DNA of 64,000 nucleotides from Candidatus Krumholzibacteriota bacterium. GTDB taxonomy: Bacteria; Krumholzibacteriota; Krumholzibacteriia; JAJRXK01. The notes below the pieces were generated by a model, which worked only from the letters and a program-made list of their open reading frames with translations, was not told the DNA's origin and made no database searches. Made by a program: the position numbers and the translations under genes. Each line of letters opens with the position of its first letter. Positions within the stretch are counted from its first letter, which is position 1. The stretch lies in assembly GCA_963764625.1 (NCBI GenBank), contig CAVXTH010000007.1, positions 255,250 to 319,249 of the forward strand, read 5' to 3'. Positions 46,940-57,772 of the stretch are shown here, piece by piece.

Positions 46940-49341
46940 CGCCAAACGCTCGCTTCTACGAGCAGCTCAACTCGTTTCTGCGCTCCGAGCGCCGCTTAGC
47001 CCACCAGATTCTTCACGAGCTGCAGAGCCAGGACCAGAACCTCATTCTGCGCAGTCAGCTCCAGGATCTCGTTGCCAAGATCGAAACCGCCAATGAAGAA
47101 CCGCGGTTGTTCTACAACCCTCTGATTCAGGCCATGCAGATGACGCAGGAGGGAGCGCTCGACGCGAGCAGCCTCTACCTGGCGGCGCGGCCCTCCATTG
47201 CCCGCTGGAGCTACGTCCTCATCCACCTGGAGACCATGGACGCGGAGCCCGCGACCGCCGCGGAGTACCTTGCGTTCAAGGAGAGGTTGGTGGGGGAGAA
47301 CCCCGACGACCGCTGGATGCTGGAGGTCGATCTGCAGCCCTTCGGGCGGGAATTTCCCAAGATGCAGGAGACGAAGTCGATCGGCCACGGGGTGGAGTTT
47401 CTGAACCGCCGACTGGCGGGTGGACTCTTCAACGGCGGCGGTCAGGGCGAGCAGATGCTCTTCGACTTTTTGCGCATGCACAGCTATCAGAGCCAGCAGC
47501 TCATGCTCAACCAAGAAGTGACGAACGTGGGTCATCTGCGCGACGCCCTGCGCGACGGGATCGATCTTCTGGAAAAGAGTGGGAGCGACTCCAGCTGGGA
47601 CGAGCACGAGACCGATCTGCGCTCCCTGGGCTTCGAGCCGGGATGGGGCCGCAACGCCGAGCGCATCATCGAGACCATGAATCTTTTGCTCGACATTCTG
47701 GAGGCTCCTTCTCCCGACACTCTAGAAGTGTTTCTGAGCCGGGTTCCCATGATCTTCTCGGTCTGCGTCATTTCACCCCATGGCTGGTTCGGCCAGGGAA
47801 ACGTGCTGGGACGCCCCGACACCGGGGGTCAGGTAGTCTATATTCTCGACCAGGTGCGTGCCCTCGAGCGCGAGATGCGCGACGGCCTGCACGAGCAGGG
47901 ACTGGACATCGAACCGCAAATCCTCATCGTCACCCGACTCATTCCCGACTCACAGGGCACCACCTGCGACCAGCGCCTGGAGGCGGTAGCGGGGACCGAT
48001 TCGGTGCGGATTCTGCGCGTGCCCTTCCGCAACGAGAGCAGCGAGATCATTCCCCACTGGATCTCCCGCTTCGAGGTGTGGCCCTATCTGGAACAATTTG
48101 CGCGTGACGCTCATCGCGAAGTCTTGGGCGAGCTCGATTGCCGGCCCGATCTCATCATTGGCAACTACTCCGACGGCAACCTGGTGGCCTCGATGCTCGC
48201 ACGCGATCTGGGAGTGACCCAGTGCAACATCGCGCACGCGCTGGAGAAGACGAAGTACCTCTACTCCGCTCTGTACTGGAAAGACAACGAAGCCCGCTTC
48301 CACTTCTCGTGTCAGTTCACGGCCGATCTCATCGCCATGAACGCGGCCGATTTCATCATCACCAGTACTTACCAGGAAATTGCCGGCACCCAGAACAGCG
48401 CCGGCCAGTACGAATCGTACAACTCGTTCACCATGCCGGGTCTGTACCGCGTGGTGCACGGCATCGACGTCTTCGACCCAAAATTCAACATCGTCTCCCC
48501 CGGCGCCGATCCCGAGATCTACTTCCCGGCCAAGGAATGCGAGAAGCGTCTCACCCATCTGCTTCCCGAACTTCAAGAGATGGTCTTTGGCGGCAATGAC
48601 TACCCCGATTCCTGGGGCGTTCTAGAGGACCCGGACAAACCCCTACTCTTCACCATGGCGCGGCTCGATCCCATCAAGAACATCACCGGTCTGGTGGAAT
48701 GGTACGGTCGCGACGAGGAACTGCGGGGACTGGCCAATCTTTTCATCGTGGCGGGATACGTCGATCCCAATCAGTCGAGCGACCAGCACGAGACCGAGCA
48801 GATCAATCGCATGCACGAGCTGCTGGAAGAGTACTCACTCCATGGTCAAGTGCGGTGGCTCCGAGCCCAGGTGAACCGCGAGCGCAACGGCGAGCTCTAC
48901 CGTTTCATCGTCGATCACCATGGCGCCTTCGTACAGCCGGCTCTCTTCGAGGCCTTCGGACTCACGGTCATCGAGGCCATGAGCAGCGGACTTCCTACCT
49001 TTGCCACGAAATTCGGCGGACCACTGGAGATCATCGAGAACGGGAAGTCGGGCTTTCACATAGATCCCAACCACGGAGATCGGGCCTCGGCGGCCATTGC
49101 CGAATTCTTCAAGCGCTGTAAGGACAATCCCGACTACTACGAGCAGATCTCCAGCCAGGCTCTGGCCCGGGTGGAGGAGCGCTATACCTGGAAGAACTAC
49201 GCGCGGCGCCTGCTAACCCTTTCGCGGGTCTACGGCTTCTGGAAATACGTGACCCATCTGGAGCGCGAGGAGACGCGCCGCTATCTGGAGATGTTCTACG
49301 CTCTGCAGTACCGGCCCCTGGCCGCGAACGTGAACCGCTGA
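46936..49341 (+). CDS. sus: Sucrose synthase
   Basis: [70 protein letters not shown]. Confidence 0.96.
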   Translation: MTPNARFYEQLNSFLRSERRLAHQILHELQSQDQNLILRSQLQDLVAKIETANEEPRLFYNPLIQAMQMTQEGALDASSLYLAARPSIARWSYVLIHLETMDAEPATAAEYLAFKERLVGENPDDRWMLEVDLQPFGREFPKMQETKSIGHGVEFLNRRLAGGLFNGGGQGEQMLFDFLRMHSYQSQQLMLNQEVTNVGHLRDALRDGIDLLEKSGSDSSWDEHETDLRSLGFEPGWGRNAERIIETMNLLLDILEAPSPDTLEVFLSRVPMIFSVCVISPHGWFGQGNVLGRPDTGGQVVYILDQVRALEREMRDGLHEQGLDIEPQILIVTRLIPDSQGTTCDQRLEAVAGTDSVRILRVPFRNESSEIIPHWISRFEVWPYLEQFARDAHREVLGELDCRPDLIIGNYSDGNLVASMLARDLGVTQCNIAHALEKTKYLYSALYWKDNEARFHFSCQFTADLIAMNAADFIITSTYQEIAGTQNSAGQYESYNSFTMPGLYRVVHGIDVFDPKFNIVSPGADPEIYFPAKECEKRLTHLLPELQEMVFGGNDYPDSWGVLEDPDKPLLFTMARLDPIKNITGLVEWYGRDEELRGLANLFIVAGYVDPNQSSDQHETEQINRMHELLEEYSLHGQVRWLRAQVNRERNGELYRFIVDHHGAFVQPALFEAFGLTVIEAMSSGLPTFATKFGGPLEIIENGKSGFHIDPNHGDRASAAIAEFFKRCKDNPDYYEQISSQALARVEERYTWKNYARRLLTLSRVYGFWKYVTHLEREETRRYLEMFYALQYRPLAANVNR

Positions 49342-49343
49342 TC

Positions 49344-52040
49344 ATGGCCGAGGAGGGGAGCACGCAGCCGGCCCGCCAGGCCCTGGCCACCGACCTCGAT
49401 GGCACCCTCGTTCCCCTGGCCGACAATCCGCAGAACAGGGCGGATCTGCGCACCCTGAGCGAGCAGCTCCGCCGGGCCGACGTCCGTCTGATCTATGTCA
49501 CCGGGAGGCACCTGGAATCGGTGCAGCGCGCGATGGCCGCCTTCGACCTGCCGCTCCCCGAACTCGTGATCTGCGACGTCGGAGCCACCATCGCCACAAG
49601 CTGCGAGCCCGGGGTCTTCGCGCCCGACGAACACTATCGCGCCCACCTCGAGGAGATTGTGCTGGGGCTGCCTCCTTTGGAGCTCGGGCGACAGTTGCCG
49701 CCGATGGAAGGACTGCGTCTGCAAGAGGAGGAGAGCCAGGGCCCTTTCAAGCTGAGCTTCTACGCCGATCCGAATCGGCTGGAGATTCTCGCCGCGCGGC
49801 TGCAGTCGCAACTCGATCGCCTGCGCGCACCCTACACCATGATTTCCAGCATCGATCCGTTCACGGGCAAGGGCCTCATCGACTTTCTTCCCGCCGGCGT
49901 GTCCAAGGCCGGCGCACTGGCGTGGTGGGTGCGCACCGCGGGAGTTGCTCCGGAGTCGATCGTATTCGCGGGAGACTCGGGCAATGACCTCGCCGCCCTG
50001 ACCGCCGGCTACCGCTCGGTGGTGGTCGCCAACGCTCCACCGGCCGTCGCTCGGAGCGCGCACGACGCCCACCGCGCGGCGGGGTGGGAGAATCGCCTGT
50101 ATCTCGCGCAAGCGAGCGCCACCAGCGGACTTTTGGAAGGGTGCCGCTGGTTCGAGCTGATCGAACCGGACGAGACCCGGCGCGAGGTCGAGCGCTTGGG
50201 CGCGACCCCGCTCAGTGTGCGTCGAACCCGCTTTCGCGTATGGGCGCCGCGGGCGGAGCGCGTGGCAGTGCGCCTGGAATCGTCTCCGCCGGGTTCGCCC
50301 GGTGAGGCGCCGGCCGGGAACGTCCGGACACAAGAGCATGAACTCGCGCGCAGGGAGGACGGCGTCTTCGAGGGAGTGGTACGAGGGGCCGGACCCGGCA
50401 CCTTATATAGGTATGTGCTCGACGGTGGGCCGCCGCTTCCCGATCCCGCCTCACGCTTCCAACCCGCGGGGGTTCAGGGAGCATCGCGGGTCATCGCTCC
50501 TCATGCTTTCGCCTGGACCGACCAGGAATGGCGCGGGGTGCCCAAGCACCGGCTTCTGCTCTACGAACTTCACGTCGGGGCCTTCACCAGAGCGGGAACC
50601 CTGCGCGCGGCCACCGAGCGACTCTCCAAGTTGGTCGAGTTGGGCGTGACCGCGGTGGAGCTGATGCCGGTGGTGCAGACCCCAGGTCGCTGGAACTGGG
50701 GTTACGATGGAGTCGATCTCTTCGCGGTGCGGAATACCTATGGTGAACCCGACGATTTGAAACTCTTCGTCGACGCGTGTCACGCACGCGGGCTGGCCGT
50801 CATTCTGGACGTGGTCTACAACCACGTGGGTCCAGAGGGTGCAATCCTTGGCGAGTTCGGACCCTACCTTTCGACGAAGCACGAGACCCCGTGGGGAGCG
50901 GCGTTCAATTTCGACGGCGAGGGATGCGAGAGCGTGCGCGCGTTCATATTGGACAACGCTCTGGAGTTGCTGCGCGAGAATCACCTCGATGGCCTGCGGG
51001 TGGACTCGGTGCATCACATGCACGACGAGAGTTCCCCCGGTATTCTCGAAGAGCTGCGGCGGACGGTGGACGAGTATGCCGCCACCGTACGCTGGCCCAT
51101 CCACCTGATCTACGAAACCAACATCTTCGATCCCGCTCTGCTGCAACCAAAAGAGGGGACTCCTCGCTGCGATGCCATCTGGTGCGACGACTTGATGCAC
51201 TCCCTTCTCACGGTGGCGCGACCGGAGCTGCAGCTGACGACCCGGCGCTACGAAGGCGCCGGCGATCTCGCACAAGTACTGCGCCACGGGTATGTGTACG
51301 CCTACGACGGCCGCGAGGCGGTCCGGGTGAAGGATCCACCGCCGCTCGGGGTGTCCGAGGACCAAGACTCGCTCGTTGCCTCCTTCGTCAGCTCCCTGCA
51401 GAACCACGACGGGGTGGGAAACCACCCCGGTGGCAAGCGCGTCCACCAGCTCACCTCAACAGCATTCCAGAAAGCGGCGGCGGCGCTGAATCTCCTTTCC
51501 CCCGGTCTCCCTCTGCTCTTCATGGGGGAGGAGTGGGCGCTGGATGCGCCCTTCCCCTTCTTTTGCGACCATGAGGATCCAAGAGTTCGCGACAGGGTCG
51601 AACGCAATCGGGCCCGGGAGACCGCGGGGCTCGACCCCCAGGGCGCACTTCCGCCTCTGGACGAGGACACCTTCCACAAGGCCCAGTGGGACGAGACGAT
51701 GAGCGGCGACGAAGAGATGTTCAGTTGGTACCAGAAGCTGATCATCCTGCGCAAGGAGGGTCTGCGCGAAGGTTGGCTGGCGATGGAACGGCTTCGCGTC
51801 GAGCACGAGCCCACGTCCGGAGTCTTCTTGCTCCACTTCACACGCCAGTACGGGGCGGCCATCGAGCTGCGGGTCCGCCTGACCCCGGTGTCCGCCAAGG
51901 AGGCCCCGCCGGTCGCGGTGTCTTTCACCGGCCACGTGCTGCTCTCCTCGCGGCCCAAGTGGGAGCTGGCGGGGGGCCGACTCAGCCTTCACGCCAATCA
52001 TGCCGTGGTCAGCTTAGAGGCCGGACAGGGGACAAGTTGA
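49344..52040 (+). CDS. treZ: Fusion of a sucrose-phosphatase-like HAD-IIB domain and TreZ (GH13)
   Basis: TDLDGTL, VTGR, SKAGAL, GDSGND; then FRVWAP, YELHVG, WGYDGV, LDVVYNH, DGLRVDSVH, QNHD, LFMGEEW. Confidence 0.88.
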   Translation: MAEEGSTQPARQALATDLDGTLVPLADNPQNRADLRTLSEQLRRADVRLIYVTGRHLESVQRAMAAFDLPLPELVICDVGATIATSCEPGVFAPDEHYRAHLEEIVLGLPPLELGRQLPPMEGLRLQEEESQGPFKLSFYADPNRLEILAARLQSQLDRLRAPYTMISSIDPFTGKGLIDFLPAGVSKAGALAWWVRTAGVAPESIVFAGDSGNDLAALTAGYRSVVVANAPPAVARSAHDAHRAAGWENRLYLAQASATSGLLEGCRWFELIEPDETRREVERLGATPLSVRRTRFRVWAPRAERVAVRLESSPPGSPGEAPAGNVRTQEHELARREDGVFEGVVRGAGPGTLYRYVLDGGPPLPDPASRFQPAGVQGASRVIAPHAFAWTDQEWRGVPKHRLLLYELHVGAFTRAGTLRAATERLSKLVELGVTAVELMPVVQTPGRWNWGYDGVDLFAVRNTYGEPDDLKLFVDACHARGLAVILDVVYNHVGPEGAILGEFGPYLSTKHETPWGAAFNFDGEGCESVRAFILDNALELLRENHLDGLRVDSVHHMHDESSPGILEELRRTVDEYAATVRWPIHLIYETNIFDPALLQPKEGTPRCDAIWCDDLMHSLLTVARPELQLTTRRYEGAGDLAQVLRHGYVYAYDGREAVRVKDPPPLGVSEDQDSLVASFVSSLQNHDGVGNHPGGKRVHQLTSTAFQKAAAALNLLSPGLPLLFMGEEWALDAPFPFFCDHEDPRVRDRVERNRARETAGLDPQGALPPLDEDTFHKAQWDETMSGDEEMFSWYQKLIILRKEGLREGWLAMERLRVEHEPTSGVFLLHFTRQYGAAIELRVRLTPVSAKEAPPVAVSFTGHVLLSSRPKWELAGGRLSLHANHAVVSLEAGQGTS

Positions 52041-52139
52041 GGCGGATTTCCTCCAGCAGCGCCGAATGTTCCCCATTGAGTTAAGCTCGCTGCGTCTGTT
52101 AGCTTCAGGCGTTCCATCCCTCCACCCTGGAGACCTTTC

Positions 52140-54821
52140 TTGATTGGTAAGCACCTGGCCCACTACGAAATCCTGGAAAAAATCGGTGAAGGGGGAATGG
52201 GCGAGGTCTACCGCGCGCACGACACCAAGCTGCGCCGCGACGTGGCGATCAAGGTCTTGCCATCCGAGCTGACCCAGAATGCGGAACGCGCGGCCCGCTT
52301 CGCACGCGAGGCCCGTACCCTCGCCAGTCTCCAGCATCCCAACATCGCATCGATCTACGGCTTCGAGGATTCGGGTGAGGTCAGCTTCCTGGTGATGGAA
52401 TTCGTCGAAGGGGAAGATCTCGCCGCGCGTCTGCTCCGCGGTCCCTTTGCCGTGGACGATGCCGTCGAAATTGCCGGCAAGGTGGCACTGGGACTGGAAG
52501 CGGCGCACGAGCAGGGAATCGTCCACCGCGACCTCAAGCCCGCCAACATTCGCACGGGGCCCTCCGGCGAAGTGAAGATCCTCGACTTCGGTCTGGCGCG
52601 GGCGCTGGCCGGAGATCTCGAGCCGGACTCCGATCCCTCGCGCTCTCCCACGATCACCGCCGCGATGACTCAGGCCGGCACCATTTTGGGAACCGCGGCC
52701 TACATGTCGCCCGAGCAGGCGCGGGGCAAGCGGGTCGACCGGCGCGCGGACATCTGGGCGTTCGGCGTGGTGCTCTACGAGATGCTCACCGCGCGGCGGC
52801 TTTTCGAGGGCGAAACGGTGAGCGATACCCTGGCGGGAGTGCTGCGCGCGCCCATCGAACTCGACGACGTACCTACGACCATTCCACCTGCCCTGCGGCT
52901 GCTTCTCGCGCGTTGCTTGGAGCGCGACCCACAGCGGCGTCTGCGGGACATCGGAGAGGCGCGAGTGGTGCTCGACGCGCTGCGCACCGGAGATGTAAGT
53001 TCCAGCTTGCTCATGAGTGCGGATCAACTGATGGGATCTGGCGAATCGGCGCACGCAAGAGCTCGCATCCGCCCTCGTGAGTGGGTGGGGTGGGCTCTTG
53101 CCTTGGGTGCGCTCGTTGCTCTCGCCCTGCTGGTGCCTCGCCTGAAGGGGGAGAGTGCTTCTTCGAAGGATCCGGTGCGCCGGGTCTCCATTCCACTTCC
53201 GGCCCAGGCAGACCTGCGTTATTCGCGCGGCGGAACGACCATCTCGCCCGATGGTACCCGCATCGCCTACGTCGACGGCCAGACCCTGTACTTGCGCGAT
53301 TTGGGGAGTTGGGATCCGATCGCGGTGACGGGAAGCGAGGGAGCGGCCACTCCGTTCTGGTCGCCGGACGGGAAGTGGGTGGCCTACGGCCTCGATCGGG
53401 AGTTGTGGAAGGCCTACAAGGACGGCACCCAGCGGAGCTTGATCTGCACCGCCGAGGTGCCCTTCGCGCAAGTCACCGGTGGGGCGTGGCTGTCGGATGG
53501 CCGGGTGGTGTTCCGTGGCAAGAAGGACCTCGAGGCCGTGCCGGCTTCCGGGGGATCCCCCAAGACCTTCCTGAGCGCCAAGGACAACAATGCGGTCGAC
53601 TTCCACGAACCCTGTGCGATCTTGGGGGGGAAGCTGGTTCTCATCGTCGTGCATGAGCAGGAAGGTACCGATACCGTGGCCAGCGTCGATCTCGACGGGA
53701 AGATGCAGCGAATCTTCAAGATTCCCAATGCCAGCCTGGGTGCCCCGCGCTACTCACCTTCGGGTCACGTGTTGGTGATGAAGGAAACGGAAATGTGGGC
53801 CGTTCAGGTGAACGCCGGAGTGGACCACGCGACGGGAGATCCCTTCTGGGTGCTCCGCGACGTGGCGTCTCCCAGCCTCTCCGACGACGGGACCCTGGCC
53901 TACGTGCGCGGCGCGGGCAAGATTCGGCGCCAGCTGGTCCTCGTGGATCGCGAAGGTAAGATTCAGTACCGTCTGGGCAAGCCGATGAACCTGTGGTCCA
54001 CGTGCGCCCTGAACGAGGAGGGAACCCTCGCCGTGGTCCAGGCCAACGGCCAGAACGAGGATCTCTGGCTGCACGATCGGCGTGGCGCCATGACGCGGGC
54101 CACCTTCACCAAGATCGAGCACGACATGCCCTCCTTCTCGCCCGACGGCCATATGCTCTACTTCTCGACCGGCACGCAGGATTCCTATCGGATTGCCCGT
54201 AAGTCGGTGGAAGGAAACGAGCCGGAGGAAACCGTCATCCCGGCCGGGGACATGAGCCCGCACTATTATGCCTCGTGTCCTATCCTCACCGAGAACGGGA
54301 AGCGGCTGTTCTACACCGCCAAAGGCGCCGACGGGTCGCAGGACATCGCATGGTTGGATCTGGAGGAGGGAGCCAAGCCGAAGATCTTCCTGGCGACCGC
54401 CGCGCGCGAGTACGCGGCCCGCCCCGCTCCCCAGGATCCCCACTACATCGCCTACGTCTCCGACGAATCGGGCAAGGACCAGGTGTACCTGACGACCTGG
54501 CCGGACGCTGAGCGAAAATGGTCGGTCTCGATCGAGGGGGGATGTTGGCCGCATTGGAAGGGTGACGGAAGTGAGCTCTACTTCGCCTTGGCCAACGAAA
54601 TCTACGCGGTCACCGTCAGCTACGATCCTCTCGAACTCGGCCGGCCCCGGAAGCTCTTCAGCCGGCCGGAGTACGACGATCGGCAACCCTTCGGCTGGCC
54701 CGCTTCCTTCGACCTCACGCGCGACGGCAAGCTCTTCCTCACCACGGATCTGGTAGTGGAAGGCGAACTCAATCCGCACATCGCGATCGTGGAGAACTGG
54801 CAGAGCACCTTCACCAAGTGA
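52140..54821 (+). CDS. Ser/Thr kinase with TM and TolB/PD40-like beta-propeller
   Basis: GEGGMGEVY, HRDLKPAN, DFGLA, YMSPEQ; ISPDG, WSPDG, FSPDG repeats. Confidence 0.93.
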   Translation: MIGKHLAHYEILEKIGEGGMGEVYRAHDTKLRRDVAIKVLPSELTQNAERAARFAREARTLASLQHPNIASIYGFEDSGEVSFLVMEFVEGEDLAARLLRGPFAVDDAVEIAGKVALGLEAAHEQGIVHRDLKPANIRTGPSGEVKILDFGLARALAGDLEPDSDPSRSPTITAAMTQAGTILGTAAYMSPEQARGKRVDRRADIWAFGVVLYEMLTARRLFEGETVSDTLAGVLRAPIELDDVPTTIPPALRLLLARCLERDPQRRLRDIGEARVVLDALRTGDVSSSLLMSADQLMGSGESAHARARIRPREWVGWALALGALVALALLVPRLKGESASSKDPVRRVSIPLPAQADLRYSRGGTTISPDGTRIAYVDGQTLYLRDLGSWDPIAVTGSEGAATPFWSPDGKWVAYGLDRELWKAYKDGTQRSLICTAEVPFAQVTGGAWLSDGRVVFRGKKDLEAVPASGGSPKTFLSAKDNNAVDFHEPCAILGGKLVLIVVHEQEGTDTVASVDLDGKMQRIFKIPNASLGAPRYSPSGHVLVMKETEMWAVQVNAGVDHATGDPFWVLRDVASPSLSDDGTLAYVRGAGKIRRQLVLVDREGKIQYRLGKPMNLWSTCALNEEGTLAVVQANGQNEDLWLHDRRGAMTRATFTKIEHDMPSFSPDGHMLYFSTGTQDSYRIARKSVEGNEPEETVIPAGDMSPHYYASCPILTENGKRLFYTAKGADGSQDIAWLDLEEGAKPKIFLATAAREYAARPAPQDPHYIAYVSDESGKDQVYLTTWPDAERKWSVSIEGGCWPHWKGDGSELYFALANEIYAVTVSYDPLELGRPRKLFSRPEYDDRQPFGWPASFDLTRDGKLFLTTDLVVEGELNPHIAIVENWQSTFTK

Positions 54822-54930
54822 ACGCCCCCGGCCTGGTGATCGTGCCCCGGCCCGCTTCGGCGCCGAGGTCTCGACGCGAACGGTCGATCGAGGCCCCCTT
54901 CGACAAGGGCGGGAAACGGATTCCGAAATG

Positions 54931-54939
54931 TGCTATGAT
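54931..54939 (+). promoter_or_regulatory. Extended -10 element
   Basis: TG-C-TATGAT about 85 nt upstream of the 55022 start. Confidence 0.45.
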
Positions 54940-55021
54940 CCCCCCAAATGGCAGAGGGGGGCTCGCGATCGTCTCCTTCAACCCTTGATGCCCTGACACT
55001 TACACCCTTGGAGGTACGGCG

Positions 55022-57661
55022 ATGCGTTTGCGCACGCTTCCCCTGGGAGGCATTCTCCTCAGCATCTTCGCGCTGAGTGCCTTCCTCTTGACGGCTCCCG
55101 GCGTTCAGGCCGCCGATACAGACATCGTCATCACCGAAATCATGCAGAACCCGGCTGTCCTCGCCGACGCGGTCGGTGAGTGGTTCGAAATCCACAACAC
55201 TGGCGCTAGCACTGTCGACATTCAGGGCTGGACTTTCAAGGATTTCGATACCGATAGCTTCACTCTGCCGACGGGTTCTCCTATCAACGTCGCGGCGGGC
55301 GCATATGCAGTTCTTGCGGTCGACTCGCTGACCATGGTGGGCCAGGGCGTGACCGTGCTGCATGGGTACAGCGGAATGGCCCTGGCAAACGGTGGGGATG
55401 AGCTCGTGGCTCTCAACGCGAGTTTGGCGCCCGTCGATACGGTTGCCTGGGACGGCGGTCCCGTATGGCCCGATCCCACCGGCGCTTCGATGCAGTGGGA
55501 TGAAGTGGGGGCCAACAACAACGACGGCACCCACTGGAATGCTCCCAGCACGCCCACTTTCGGTTCGGGTGACGCGGGAACCCCCGGCGCTGCGAACGCG
55601 ACGAGTAGTCTGCAAGCGCCCGTGGTCAACAATGTTCTCAATCGGCCCTTGGTGGTGGAAGCCACGGACGCTCCCACGATCACGGCGGACATCACCGACA
55701 TCGATGGCACCATCTCTTCGGCCACTCTCTACGTGCAGATCAACGGCGGGGGATTCGTGGGGCAGCCCATGACGCTGGGCACGCCGCCGAGTTACTCCGC
55801 GACGATCTCGTCCCAATCGTTGGGCACGGTGGTCGACTACTACGTCAGCGCCATGGACAATGATGGCCTGGTGGGTTCGCGGCCGGTTGCGGCCCCGGCG
55901 GAGTTTTTCAGCTACACGGTGCAAAACCGGGTCATCACTCCCATCGCGTCTATTCACGCCGATTCAACGGGATACGACGGCACGGTCGTCACCGTACAGG
56001 GACAGGTGTACATCCCGGGCGACTACAAGCAGGACGGGACCACCGTCAGCGCCTACATCCAAGACGGCTCCGGGCGTGGGCTCAACATCTTTGGCAGTTT
56101 CCTTTCGACCGGCACCGGCTTGCTCAACAACACGGGTAACGTGGTGCAGGTGAGCGGTACGGTGTCATGGTACGCGGGCACCACGGTCGAGATCACCGAG
56201 TTCGACTGCACGCTCGTTTCCTCCGGCAATCCCGAGCTCACGCCGGCGACCCTTAGTACCTCTGCAGCGGCGGCGCCCTCGAACGAAGGCACCTTCATTC
56301 GCTCCGCCGGTCTGATCACCGCCATCTCCGCCACCGGCGGCACCAACCCGGCCCACAACTTCACGGTGAATGACGGAAGCGGTCCGGTAGTCATCCGCGT
56401 TGACGACGATACCGATCCCAGTCTCACTACCTGGGCTCTCAACGACAGCCTCGAAGCTGCCGGCGCCGGAGCGACGTTCGGCAGTGACGGTGAAATCGTC
56501 GTGGGTCAGTTGTCCAGGATCATCAATCACGGTCCGGGGGTCGATGGCACGCCTCCGACGCTCGTGAGCGCCACTCTCACCGGGGCCGCGCAGGTCACGG
56601 TTCAGTTCTCCGAGGCTGTCGACGCCACCACCGGCAACAACGCCGGCAACTACGAGGTGTTCGAGCAGGCCACACCCGCCAACACCATCACCGTGAACAC
56701 AGCGGCGGTGCAGGGCGACGCGAGCCAGGTGGTGCTGACCCTCGGGTCTGCGCCGAGCAGCGCCGTCATCTACACCGTACGGGTGAACAACGTGGAGGAC
56801 TTGAACAGCAATGTGATTGCTGCGAACAGCACTACCACGCTGGTCGATCCCAACGCTTCCGCGGTGATCAAGATCAACGAGGTCATGCAGAACCCCTTCG
56901 TGTTGTCTGACAGCGACGGGGAGTGGTTCGAGGTCTACAACGCGGGCTCTAGCGCAGTGGACATGAACGGGTGGACCATCCGCGACAACGGCATCGACAG
57001 CCATGTGATCAACAACGGCGGTCCCCTGGTGATCAGCCCCGGCGAGTACAAGGTACTGGCGCGCAATGCCACCGCGATGGCGGGGGAGGGCGTGTCGGTC
57101 TTCTACGAGTATGGAACGGACATCACCCTGGGCAATGCCGACGATGAGATCTACCTCGTCGATACCACTTCCGCGATCGTCGATAGCGTCCTGTGGGACG
57201 GCGGCACCGTGTGGCCCGACCCCTCAGGAGCCTCGATGCAGTGGGACGGCACCGGCGACAACAACGACGGCAGCCACTGGTATTCCAACGGCTTCGCCTT
57301 CGGTTCGGGCGATCTGGGATCTCCCGGCGCGGCGAACAGCCAGGATTTGGTCACCGCTGTTCCCGAGCGCCAGCTCGCAACGAGTCTGGCCGAGAACGTG
57401 CCCAATCCCTTCAACCCGCGCACGAGCTTCTCGTTCACTCTGGAGAAGAACGAACAGGTGAGCCTGAAGATCTACGATACGCGCGGCCGCATGGTCCGAA
57501 CCGTATTGAGCGGCTCCCTCAAGGCCGGCAGCTATGACCGGGTGTATTCGTGGGATGGCCGCGACGACGCGGGCCGGAACGCGCCCAGCGGAATCTACTT
57601 CTTCCGTCTCAGCACGGAGTCTGGATTCTCTCAAGCGAAGAAGATGACGCTGCTCAAGTAG
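55022..57661 (+). CDS. Secreted protein with two lamin-tail domains, OB/Ig-like domains and FlgD/T9SS-like CTD
   Basis: Signal ends VQA; two I.E.MQNP....GEWFE..N...VD..GWT domains; ENVPNPFNP...KKMTLLK. Confidence 0.88.
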   Translation: MRLRTLPLGGILLSIFALSAFLLTAPGVQAADTDIVITEIMQNPAVLADAVGEWFEIHNTGASTVDIQGWTFKDFDTDSFTLPTGSPINVAAGAYAVLAVDSLTMVGQGVTVLHGYSGMALANGGDELVALNASLAPVDTVAWDGGPVWPDPTGASMQWDEVGANNNDGTHWNAPSTPTFGSGDAGTPGAANATSSLQAPVVNNVLNRPLVVEATDAPTITADITDIDGTISSATLYVQINGGGFVGQPMTLGTPPSYSATISSQSLGTVVDYYVSAMDNDGLVGSRPVAAPAEFFSYTVQNRVITPIASIHADSTGYDGTVVTVQGQVYIPGDYKQDGTTVSAYIQDGSGRGLNIFGSFLSTGTGLLNNTGNVVQVSGTVSWYAGTTVEITEFDCTLVSSGNPELTPATLSTSAAAAPSNEGTFIRSAGLITAISATGGTNPAHNFTVNDGSGPVVIRVDDDTDPSLTTWALNDSLEAAGAGATFGSDGEIVVGQLSRIINHGPGVDGTPPTLVSATLTGAAQVTVQFSEAVDATTGNNAGNYEVFEQATPANTITVNTAAVQGDASQVVLTLGSAPSSAVIYTVRVNNVEDLNSNVIAANSTTTLVDPNASAVIKINEVMQNPFVLSDSDGEWFEVYNAGSSAVDMNGWTIRDNGIDSHVINNGGPLVISPGEYKVLARNATAMAGEGVSVFYEYGTDITLGNADDEIYLVDTTSAIVDSVLWDGGTVWPDPSGASMQWDGTGDNNDGSHWYSNGFAFGSGDLGSPGAANSQDLVTAVPERQLATSLAENVPNPFNPRTSFSFTLEKNEQVSLKIYDTRGRMVRTVLSGSLKAGSYDRVYSWDGRDDAGRNAPSGIYFFRLSTESGFSQAKKMTLLK

Positions 57662-57694
57662 AGCAAGGCTGCTTCACACGCAGCTCGCAAGAGT

Positions 57695-57727
57695 GGGGAG
57701 TGCACGCAATGTGCACTCCCCTTTTTT
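57695..57727 (+). terminator. Intrinsic terminator
   Basis: GGGGAGTGCAC-GCAAT-GTGCACTCCCC-TTTTTT. Confidence 0.9.
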
Positions 57728-57772
57728 CATCCCCGCGCCGAGCTTGAGTCCGTGGGGCCCGCCGCCAGCGTC

